Of a stretch of DNA of 64,000 bases, positions 28,838 through 37,916 are shown one piece after another. The notes beneath the pieces are model-generated. The model made no database searches and was not told the DNA's origin. It saw only the letters and a program-made list of their open reading frames with translations. The DNA lies in contig CAWHCF010000023.1 in NCBI GenBank assembly GCA_963827655.1, positions 352,001 to 416,000 on the forward strand, written 5' to 3'. Position 1 is the first letter of the stretch, and each line of letters starts with the position of its first letter. Source of the DNA: an uncultured Acidobacteriota bacterium. Its GTDB lineage: Bacteria; Acidobacteriota; UBA6911. Both the position numbers and the translations under genes were made by a program.

Positions 28838-30511
28838 ATGATCGAGCGTCGCGACTATACCCGAACAAAGTGGAACGGCTGGGGAAGCACAGACAAGTCC
28901 TTTGCGCTGTCGGACCGGCCCGGTTTAGAAGGATTCCTATCGCGGAAGCTCGGGATCTACTACTTCAATCCGGTTCCGGGCGTGGCGCTGTCGGAAGTGG
29001 CGCTTGCGCCGACCCGCCTGACTGATGGAGCGCGCCGGGATCTTGCCGCCATTCTTGGCGAGCAGAATGTCAGGGAAGATCACGAAACGCGAGTTACCCA
29101 TTCCGTCGGTAAATCCTACCAGGAACTGGTAAAGGTGCGGCAGGGAGAGGTGTCGAGCGCTCCGGATGCCGTCATCTTGCCGGGAGGCGCGCCGGAGGTG
29201 CGGGAGATACTTTCATGGGCTTCTCTGAACAGGGCGGCGGTTATTCCCTTCGGAGGCGGAACGGGCACGGTCGGCGGGGTCGAGCCGCGCACCGGGCCGG
29301 CGCAAGAATTAGCCCTCTCGCTCGACCTGCGGCGAATGGACAAAATATTGTTCGTCGATGAAAAGTCTCAGGTCGCCAAGATCGAACCCGGGATTCGAGG
29401 GCCGATGCTGGAGGAAAGCCTGCAGGCGCAGGGACTGACGCTGGGGCATTATCCTCAGTCGTTCGAGTACTCCACGCTCGGAGGGTGGCTAGCGACGCGG
29501 TCGGCAGGTCTGTATTCCAGCCGCTATGGAAAAATCGAGGATCTGGTGATCGGATTGAGCGTAGAGACTCCTGCCGGCTCTATCGATATCCGCGGGGTCC
29601 CGGCGCGTGCGACGGGTCCGGAATTGCGTGAAATCCTGGTCGGGTCGGAGGGATGTCTGGGTGTGATTTGTCTTGCCGAAATGCGCCTTCACCGCAGACC
29701 GGCCGCCCAACAAATCCTGGCCTTCTTGATGCGCGATTTTGAAACCGGCACCTCGGTTGCGCGGGAACTCGTTCAGCAGGATCTCCCGCTCGCTATGGTT
29801 CGGCTTTCGGACGAAGAAGATACCGAGCTGGTCGCTGCGCTCGATCGGCGCGCGGCCGGTCTTGCCCACTACTTGCGCCGCGGCCTGGACAAACTTATCT
29901 CGCAGAGATATGGACTGAGCCGCCCCTGTCTTCTTCTCCTGGGATTGCAAGGTAGCCAACGGCGTGTGGAGGCCGATGTTCGCTCGGTATCGAGATTCAT
30001 GCAAACGTATGATGCTTACGATCTGGGAGACGCCCCAGGGCAAGCATTCAGACGTGACCGGTTCCTCTTTCCGTATTTGCGAGACTCGCTGATGGACCTC
30101 GGTCTTCTGGCAGACACGTTAGAAACAGCCGTGTCGTGGGCCGGCCTTCATCGCTTGCACTCGCAGACACGCCAGGCGCTATCCAGGGTCTGCGCGGAAT
30201 TCGGCGCCTCCTGCGCCATCGGCTCTCAGCTCACGCACGCTTACCGTTCAGGCGCCTCACTGCTGTTCACTTTGCTCGCTCATGTGTCGCAGGGGGATGA
30301 GCTGCAACTCTGGAGAGCCTGCAAGGTCGCGGCTTCCGAGGCGATCATGCGGTCTGGAGGAACCCTGAGCCATCATCACGGCATCGGAGGTCTGCATCGC
30401 GAGTGGATGACACAGGAGCATGGGCCGCTGGGCGTTGCCCTTCTGCGCCATATCAAGGACGCGCTGGATCCGGCGGGAATTCTCAACCCAGGCAAGTTGC
30501 TGCCGGATTGA
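28838..30511 (+). CDS. FAD oxidoreductase, alkylglycerone-phosphate synthase (AGPS)-like
   Basis: KWNGWG, PFGGGT, GHYPQSFEYSTLGGW, SHHHGIG, LNPGKL. Confidence 0.88.
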   Translation: MIERRDYTRTKWNGWGSTDKSFALSDRPGLEGFLSRKLGIYYFNPVPGVALSEVALAPTRLTDGARRDLAAILGEQNVREDHETRVTHSVGKSYQELVKVRQGEVSSAPDAVILPGGAPEVREILSWASLNRAAVIPFGGGTGTVGGVEPRTGPAQELALSLDLRRMDKILFVDEKSQVAKIEPGIRGPMLEESLQAQGLTLGHYPQSFEYSTLGGWLATRSAGLYSSRYGKIEDLVIGLSVETPAGSIDIRGVPARATGPELREILVGSEGCLGVICLAEMRLHRRPAAQQILAFLMRDFETGTSVARELVQQDLPLAMVRLSDEEDTELVAALDRRAAGLAHYLRRGLDKLISQRYGLSRPCLLLLGLQGSQRRVEADVRSVSRFMQTYDAYDLGDAPGQAFRRDRFLFPYLRDSLMDLGLLADTLETAVSWAGLHRLHSQTRQALSRVCAEFGASCAIGSQLTHAYRSGASLLFTLLAHVSQGDELQLWRACKVAASEAIMRSGGTLSHHHGIGGLHREWMTQEHGPLGVALLRHIKDALDPAGILNPGKLLPD

Positions 30512-30710
30512 CGATTGACGTCAATTGACGATTGACGATTGACGATTGACGATTTAAAAGCGGATCGAGCTTGTTGTTTGCCTCGATCCATTGACGAATG
30601 GCGTGAGTCCACGAGCAACAAATTCCCAAGCTGTTTTTCAATCGTCAATCGTCAATCGTAAATCGTCAATCGTAAATCGTAAATCGTATCTAATCGTCAT
30701 GATCGTCAAC
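30506..30710. repeat. Inverted heptamer arrays: (GATTGAC)n 30506-30554 and (TCAATCG/TAAATCG)n 30638-30710
   Basis: Left array starts at the AGPS stop; right array runs into the glpD ATG. Confidence 0.95.
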
Positions 30711-32310
30711 CAAATTGAAGAGATGGATCTGCTTGTGATTGGCGGGGGGATCACCGGCGCCGGAATCGCTCAAGACGCCGCCGCGCGCGGTTTGAAGACT
30801 GTTCTCGTGGAGAAAGGGGATTTTGCCAGCGGCACCAGTTCCAGGAGCTCCAAGCAAATCCACGGGGGACTTCGCTACCTGGAGCATTTCAGCCTGGGCT
30901 TGATGAAGGAATCGATTTCGGAGCGGCACACGCTCACCCGGCTCGCTCCGGGCCTGGTGCGTTGGACCCCATTTCTTATCCCCTACTTTCGAGGCAAGGA
31001 AAAGCGCTGGAGGACTTCACTGGGACTGTGGCTCTATGACAATCTGGCACGCACACCCGCTGGGCTCCGACACCGAGTGCTGAATGCAAGCGAGATCCTG
31101 GGTTATGCGCCGGAGCTCCGGCGCGATGGCCTGTTGGGAGGCGCGCACTTCTATGATTGCCTCACGGATGATGCAAGGCTGGTCCTGTCCCTGGCCCTCG
31201 ACGCACAATCACGCGGGGCACTGGTGTGCAACCATGTGGCTGTGGAGGCGCCAATCCGCGAGCATGGCAAGACTGCCGGCGCGCTGGTTCGCGACGTGCT
31301 CAGCGGGCAAATCGTGGGCGATCCGGGCGCGCCAGGTAGTCGTGGCGACGGGTCCCTGGACCGACAGGACCCTGGACCTCCTGGGGGAAGCCGCAGATCA
31401 CGAAAAAATCCGTCCAGCGAAGGGCGTCCACATCGTGCTGCCGCGCAGCCGGCTGAATCTCAACCACGTTGTACTGATTCCCTCAGTTCGGGATCGACGC
31501 TTTCTCTTTGTTATACCGTGGTACGAGGGCATTGTCGTTGGGACGACAGATACGGAATACCACGAAGCTCCAGACGAGGTAAGGCCCGAGCGCGCAGATG
31601 TCAATTACATCCTGGATGCAATGAATTGGTCCTTCCCCGAGGCGAGAATAGCGGCGGGGGATCTCGTTTGCAGCTATGCCGGCATTCGGCCGTTGATCAA
31701 TGTTCCGGGAAAAGAGACAGCGGATGTTCCTCGCGAGTACAAGTTGTTCGAAACCGAAGGCGGCGTTATTTCCGTCGCCGGCGGGAAGCTGACAACTTAT
31801 CGACGCATGGCCAAAGCCGTGGTGGACCGGGTCGTGCGCCGTCTCAAATCCACGAATAAGGATCTGCTGGTGATGCCCTGCTGGACTCACCGTATCCCGC
31901 TGGGTCATCCCCCGGAGGATGAGTTCAACCCATTCAAGCAAACCGATCTGCCGGAAGATATCCGCAACCATCTAATCGCCGATTATGGCGTCTGGACCGA
32001 ACAGGTGGTTTCGTTTCTACAATCCAATTCCAGCCTGAGCCGGCGGATGGTGCCGGAGCTTCCCTATATTCTGGCTGAGGCGTATTACGCAGTGACGTAC
32101 GAAAAAGCGCGAACGCTCGAGGATATCCTGGTGCGCCGCACACGCGTGGCACTCCTGGATCCTGGGCGCGGGAGAGGCTGTGCGCGGGAGGTCGCAACGC
32201 TGGTCGCGCCCGAGCTCAATTGGAGCGCAGAGGACATCGAACGGCAGATCGAACTTTATGAGAGAGCCATCAAGACCCGGTTCTGTGGACCGGAAGACCT
32301 CATCGATTGA
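30699..32310 (+). CDS. glpD: FAD-dependent glycerol-3-phosphate dehydrogenase, frameshift near 31315
   Basis: IGGGITG, GTSSRSSK.IHGGLRYL, then KGVH, GTTD, GGKLTTYR in the second frame. Confidence 0.9.
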
Positions 32311-32409
32311 CGATTGACGATTGACGATTAACAATCGATTGACGATTGACGATTGACGATTAACAATGGCAGCTATCAGATGTTCAATCGTCAATGTCAA
32401 TCGTAAATC
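32305..32409. repeat. Inverted heptamer arrays starting at the glpD stop
   Basis: gattgac units 32305-32367; tcaatcg units 32384-32409. Confidence 0.93.
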
Positions 32410-32415
32410 TTGATC

Positions 32416-32892
32416 ATGGGAAAAGGAAAATTAATCTCAATTCAGGTTGCTGACCGAGCGGCGAGCCCTATGCTGCCCTTGACCGCGGTGCGCGCCGTCG
32501 GGGGGCGCGGGCTCGAGGGAGATCGTTATTTTGATCGAACCGGAACGTACTCGAAGAAAACCGGTCCTGACCGCGAGGTGACTTTGATTGAACTCGAAGC
32601 GGTCGAGGCTTTGAAGCGCGACTACGGCGTCGATCTGGATCCAAAGGACAGCCGCCGAAATCTCGTTACTCAAGGAGTTGCGCTCAATCACCTTGTTGGG
32701 CGGGAATTCACCATCGGCGAAGTAAAGTTCCGAGGCATTCGTCTTTGCGAGCCCTGCTCTCACCTGGCGAAGCTCGCGGACAGGGAGGTGCTGCCCGGGT
32801 TGGTCCACCGCGGTGGTTTGCGCGCGGCCATCCTTACCGACGGCTTGATCCGCGTCGGTGACAGCTTGAGTGTGCAGGTATCACAAGATTGA
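32416..32892 (+). CDS. MOSC domain protein
   Basis: GLEGDRY, RRNLVT, CEPC, GGLRA. Confidence 0.92.
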   Translation: MGKGKLISIQVADRAASPMLPLTAVRAVGGRGLEGDRYFDRTGTYSKKTGPDREVTLIELEAVEALKRDYGVDLDPKDSRRNLVTQGVALNHLVGREFTIGEVKFRGIRLCEPCSHLAKLADREVLPGLVHRGGLRAAILTDGLIRVGDSLSVQVSQD

Positions 32893-32940
32893 AGGTTCTG
32901 TGCTTTTTTTACGACCATCGACAACCAAGGCGCGAAGTCG

Positions 32941-33026
32941 CTAAGGTTCGTTCGGGGACTTCGCCCCGAACGAAGGCCCCTTCTGAACGACAACATGTCG
33001 GTTTGAACGTTTCGCTAAGCGCCTGA
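32941..33026 (+). repeat. 86-bp dispersed hairpin element, copy 2
   Basis: Near-identical to 15227-15312. Confidence 0.9.
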
Positions 33027-33045
33027 GGGCTGTGAAGGAGGAGGA

Positions 33046-34563
33046 TTGGTGCGAGTTCAGCGGCTGTTTCAATTGCTTACTGCAGTTGCACTATGGCTGG
33101 CCGTCGGGTCGACCGGTCCACAATTCGCTTCCGATACATCAGGAACAGACACCGCGCGCCGCCTGCAGGCCGATGTTTCCTATCTGGCATCGGACGAAAT
33201 GGAAGGCCGGGGTACCCCGAGCCGCGGCCTCAATCTGGCCGCGCTCTACCTTCGGGCCCAGTTGCAGATCGCCGGTGTGGAACCTGCCGTAGGAAATTCT
33301 TACCTTCAGGTCTACAAAATCGGCGAATACCGGCCCGCCCAGGCGCGCGTCACCGTATCGATCGATGGCAAAGCGATCCCCCCGGATTCTTACGTCCTCT
33401 GGAACATCGGAAGAGACCCGGCCAAAGGGGCAATGGACCTGGAGCTGGTAAATGCGGGCAACGGAGTCGTCGCCGAAGAGCGGAAGGTCGACGACCTGGC
33501 CGGACTCGATGTACGCGGCAAGGCGGTAGTCACCAGGAAGGGCGCTTCCTGGACGCTCGACCCCACTCAGGTTCTCGGCCCGGATCGCGCCCTGGGCAAA
33601 ATAATGGCGGCCACCGTGCGAGGGGCCGAACTGCTGGTGTACCTCAGTGAGGATCTCGACACCGCGAGCGAAGCCGAAGCAGGATTCCTGCGCGAGATGA
33701 AGAACGCCCCGGTTGCGTTCATGCGGGAAGCCGGCGTCGGTCAGGCTTCCGCGCTCAATCCTGTTCTGGTTCTGAAGCCCCAGTCACTGGCGGGTCTGAC
33801 GGGCGTCGATCCGGCTCGCCTTCCCAGGGGTCCCCTGGGAAAAAGAATCAAGATAGCGTTTGAGGCAACCGTGAGTGAGGGAACGGCTCCGAATGTGCTG
33901 GGCAAGATCGCCGGCACAGATCCGAAACTGCGGGACGAATGGGTTGTTCTCTCAGCCCACTACGATCACCTTGGGTCCCATGATGTTCCCAGCGGCCAGG
34001 ACGGGATCTGGAACGGGGCCGACGATAATGCCTCAGGAACCGCGGCGGTTCTCGAAATTGCGCGTCGCGTGGCGCAGCGACCGGGCAAGCGCAGCGTCCT
34101 GGTATTCTTCACCAGCGGCGAGGACCGCGGTATTCTGGGGTCGGCGTATTACGCCTCGCGCCCGATTGTTCCGATGGATCGGGTTGCGGTGCAAATCAAC
34201 CTCGACATGATCGGCCGGTCGCAAGGGCGCGTCGAGGCCATTCCTGGCTGTGCCCCTTCGTTGTTCGAGGAGTCCCTGGCGATCGGGAAAAAACACAACA
34301 TCGAAGTAATCCCCGACCAGCAACCCACATGGCGAGTCATTTACCTGACCGACCTCTACCATTTTGCCAAGGCCGGCGTGCCAGGAGTCGAATTCTTTAC
34401 CGGACTTCACCCGGACTACCATCAGCCGAGCGACACTGCCGATAAGATTCGTTATCCGGAAATGGCCAGGATTGTGGAAATGGCTTCGGAATTGACCCGC
34501 GGCTACGTCGACGGTAAATCCCGGCCGAAATTCGTTCGCCCGGGATGGTTCATGACTCCGTAA
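33046..34563 (+). CDS. M28 family peptidase with PA domain
   Basis: AHYDH, GADDNASG, GED, NLDMIG, YHQPSD. Confidence 0.92.
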   Translation: MVRVQRLFQLLTAVALWLAVGSTGPQFASDTSGTDTARRLQADVSYLASDEMEGRGTPSRGLNLAALYLRAQLQIAGVEPAVGNSYLQVYKIGEYRPAQARVTVSIDGKAIPPDSYVLWNIGRDPAKGAMDLELVNAGNGVVAEERKVDDLAGLDVRGKAVVTRKGASWTLDPTQVLGPDRALGKIMAATVRGAELLVYLSEDLDTASEAEAGFLREMKNAPVAFMREAGVGQASALNPVLVLKPQSLAGLTGVDPARLPRGPLGKRIKIAFEATVSEGTAPNVLGKIAGTDPKLRDEWVVLSAHYDHLGSHDVPSGQDGIWNGADDNASGTAAVLEIARRVAQRPGKRSVLVFFTSGEDRGILGSAYYASRPIVPMDRVAVQINLDMIGRSQGRVEAIPGCAPSLFEESLAIGKKHNIEVIPDQQPTWRVIYLTDLYHFAKAGVPGVEFFTGLHPDYHQPSDTADKIRYPEMARIVEMASELTRGYVDGKSRPKFVRPGWFMTP

Positions 34564-34600
34564 TATTCGTGTCCTGGTGTCTTCGCAGCAAGAGAATGTG

Positions 34601-35898
34601 TTAGCCGCCGGAAGCGCGGGCGGTTGGCCCTACCCCTGGAACCGGAATGACCGCCTGGATGGAGACGGGGCCCATTGCATACTCCGTGGGGCCAAGCCTC
34701 ATGCTGGACTGCATCAGCTCATTCCAGGTAACTTCTTTGCCGGTGTAGGCTGTTTCGCGCCCCATGACGGCAACCATTGTCGAGACCGCGGTATCGTGGG
34801 CCGTATTGACCGGTTTCGAGGTCCGAATCGCGGTAACCAGGTCGACATGTTCCTGCACTATCATGTTGTTTTTCGGCCCTTCGTACGCCCAGACGAGTTT
34901 CCCGGCCAGATCGAAGACCTTCCCATCCATGTCGCAAGTCCCTTTGGTTCCTACCAGCACTTCCTCGCGCACGTTCGCGCACCCGTTTAGCTGGCGGATT
35001 GTGCTGTGCATGTGGACGCCGTTTTCAAAAATATAGTCGGTGCTGAAGAAATCATACTGATCTCCTGTCTGACGGCGCGCGCGTCCGCCCATTCCCACCG
35101 CTTTCACCGGATGCCGAGCCCATAAACCAGACTGCCTGGTCCAGATGATGGATGTGCTGTTCGACGATGTGGTCACCCGATAACCAGATCCAATTGACCC
35201 AATCCCGGATCATGTATTCCATGTCGGACCACGCCGGCTGCCGTTCCCGGAACCACAGGGCTCCCTGATTGCGAAAAATCCGAAGCGCTCGAACATCGCC
35301 AATGATTCCATCGAGCTACCCGCTTGCGTGTTTCTCTCCGCGCGTTGTCACAGCGCATCTGAGTGCCGGTCATCACGCTGACGCCCAGTTCCTTTGCCTT
35401 CTTGGCCGTTTCCATTACCGATCGCACGCCGACAGGATCCACGGCGACTGGTTTCTCGATGAAAACGTGTTTTTTTGCGGCGACCGCAGCAGCGAAGTGC
35501 TCCGGACGAAAGTGGGGCGGGGTCGCATGCAGGACAATATCGACCCCGGAGTCGATCAGTTTCTTATAGGCGTCAAAACCGACAAAGCAGTTCGATTCGC
35601 GAATATCCTGACCACGTTCCTGGTTGAGACGCTTGCGGCCTTCGTCGACCCGATCCTGAAACACGTCCGCCAGAGCCGTGATCTGGAGGTTTGGACCTGC
35701 ATCGAGGAAATTAACGGCCGCGCCTCGCCCTCGACCGCCGCAGCCGATGAGTCCGGCTTTCAACACCGGCCCGTCGGGAGCCTTGCCCTGGACGACCGGC
35801 CCGGGTTGTGGCAAAGCCGTCCTGGCAAAAAGTGTGGCGCCTGTGGCCGCTACGGTTCCGATGAAACTTCGACGGTTGAGATCTGATCCCTGGTTCAT
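34601..35898 (-). CDS. Tat-exported Gfo/Idh/MocA oxidoreductase; frameshifts near 35320 and 35120
   Basis: NRRSF Tat motif, IGCGGRG, ATPPHFR, EKPVA; C-terminus in ORF 34601..35176. Confidence 0.85.
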
Positions 35899-36021
35899 GT
35901 GCGCGTCTCCTTTGGATATTCTGACCACCAGATTATACCCAAGCAGACACGAATGTCCCGTCTTTTTCTTTGTTGTCTTCGTGGCTTTTGTCAGGCCGCA
36001 CTAACCACGAAGACACGCATT

Positions 36022-37280
36022 TTAGTTGACTGCCACAACGCCCGATTTCGCCACGAGGGTAAACCCATTGTTCGCAAACAGGCGAAATTCATAAGTGCCG
36101 GGCGTGCCGGGCATGGTGAAGACACACGAGCCCGACAAGGCGCCCGAGGCGCCGGCACTCTGGCTGCAACTGCTGGTATACATCCAACCTTGTCCGCTTC
36201 CGCCTGCCGCAAGGTAGCAGCCGATCCAGTCAGCCGGGGTCGCGCCGCTCACCCCATTCCAGACCAGCGTGACTGTCCCGCCGGGCCCGACGGCACTGGG
36301 GCTGGCCGTGAGGGTCGGAGTGCCGCCTCCCGCGACGGTGACGGTGCTCGAGGTGGCCAGGCGATTGTAGGAGCCACTGGCAAACAACCGGAACTCGGAG
36401 GTGTCCGGTGGTTAGCGGCATCGTGAAAGAGCACGAACCCGACGGGCGCGGGGTGCCACCGGAACTCTGCGCGCAGGTGCTGGTGTATTTCCAATCGCTG
36501 TACGCGGTGTTGGCTGCGCCCGGGGTGAAGCGGCCGATCCAATCGGTGACACTTGGGCTGCCGACGCCGCTCCAGCCGAGAGCCACGGCGGCCGCCCGGT
36601 GTGACCGAGTCGGGGTTGCCGTAAGTGCGTGGGCCTGAACCCCCGCCCGAACCCCCGCCCGAACCCGAGACGGTGATTATGTTGGAAGTTCCCAGCCGGA
36701 CATAGGTTCCGTTGGCGAACAACCGGTATTCATAAGTACCCGCCACAGTCGGCAGCGCAAAAACACACGAGCCCGACGATCGCGGGCTACTGCCGGGACT
36801 CTGCGCGCAACTGCTGCTATATTTCCATTCCCCGTAGGAACCGTCGCCCGCCCCGGTGCTGTATCGGCCAATCCAGTCCGTCACGGTCGGACTGGTGACG
36901 CCACTCCAACTCACGGTAACATTCCCGGATCCGGGTGTCGCAACCAGACTGAGAGTCGCCGAGACACCTATGGTGGCGGAGACTTCGTTTGATGCATCGC
37001 TTTCCAGCCCCGAGGTGTTGTAGGCCGTAACTACAAAATAATAAGTCCCGACTGCGAGTCCGGTTACAGTGTAAGTCGTCTGATTACCCAGATTGATTGC
37101 CACACTATAATTGCCGGGAGCCAGCCCGTAATAAACTTTGTAACCTGCCAGATTTGTTTCGGGATTGGGGTCCCAGGCGAGTTGGATATCAGCGGCAAAA
37201 GATTCAATACTGAGCGCCAGGCAGAATAGTGCAGGGACAACCTTAAGAAATGCTTTCACCCTCGCTAACAGGTAGTGCAT
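36022..37280 (-). CDS. Secreted FN3 protein with three tandem beta-sandwich repeats; two frameshifts
   Basis: LAWD..GYKVYYG..YYF.VTAYN FN3; repeat W.GV..DWIG..W.Y.S.C..GSC.F..P..GTYE.RLFA in three frames; AGGAGG RBS. Confidence 0.8.
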
Positions 37281-37394
37281 GGGGGGAACCTCCTGTGATA
37301 GGTGATGCGTCTGGATTGGATGAAAAGACGCCTGTGTGTCCCGGCGATGGATCGGTTATGATTCATCTGCCGCGAAGACACCGAGACGCCCATG

Positions 37395-37565
37395 CCCGGA
37401 ATAGCGGGAACTCGACGGTCATTGACCCGTCGACCGCTCTCCGTCTTGCGTCAAAGGACTAAGTAGAAAACTCGAGGTTCAGTGAAACCTCTGACTGCTA
37501 CAGCGAATCGTCTCAGGGCGGCGACTCGCTGAAGGAGAGGCTTGCTGTCGTTCTGGAACCTCGAT
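37395..37565 (-). ncRNA. Candidate structured leader RNA upstream of the FN3 gene
   Basis: Nested stems with G-U pairs on the minus strand plus a second hairpin; family not recognised. Confidence 0.35.
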
Positions 37566-37771
37566 CTAAGGGACGGAAAGGCTGATGATCTCCTCACTCG
37601 TCCAGTTGATACAGCTAGCAGATACTGACTACGTAGTGCTTGATTCGTTGACCAGCTGCCCGATTGTGATCACGACGCGAGCTCGATTTGTTGTCGGCAG
37701 CCGGGGCATCATAGTTGGTCTCGGTACGAGGAGCAACGATTTTCTGGGAACGGTCCAACTTGTTTCCAAGG

Positions 37772-37852
37772 TTCTTGGTGTTTCTTCGTGCCTTCGTGTC
37801 TTTGTGGTATCTGTTTCGCAGCACTAACCACGAAGACACGAAGAAACACTAG
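37772..37852. repeat. CCACGAAGACACGAAG inverted pair (best-preserved copy)
   Basis: ttggtgtttcttcgtgccttcgtgtctttgtggta ... taaccacgaagacacgaagaaacactag. Confidence 0.9.
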
Positions 37853-37872
37853 ACACAGACACAAGCCTCCGG

Positions 37873-37901
37873 TTGACCGGTTCGAGAGCGAACCGTAAAA
37901 T
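37873..37901 (+). promoter_or_regulatory. uvrA sigma70 promoter with palindromic spacer
   Basis: TTGACC-N17-TAAAAT; CGGTTCG-AGAG-CGAACCG at 37878-37895. Confidence 0.65.
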
Positions 37902-37916
37902 GACGCTTTTGGTCTG

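Noticed and set aside
30591-30698. SIVNRKS N-terminal extension of GlpD and other QSAIRN/SIVNRQ ORFs
   Set aside because: These are translations of heptamer repeats; ATG 30699 fits the family start.
30506-30710. Repeat arrays as a CRISPR array
   Set aside because: Units are 7 nt with no unique spacers, and there are no cas genes.
37500-37545. Glycine riboswitch (TCTCAGG and GCTGAAGGAG words)
   Set aside because: The GGAGAG element is missing, and it is on the strand opposite the nearest downstream gene start.
37690-37770. c-di-GMP-I riboswitch (minus-strand CCGGCTGCCG tail)
   Set aside because: No GGCAAA/GAAA/GACGCAAAG core upstream.
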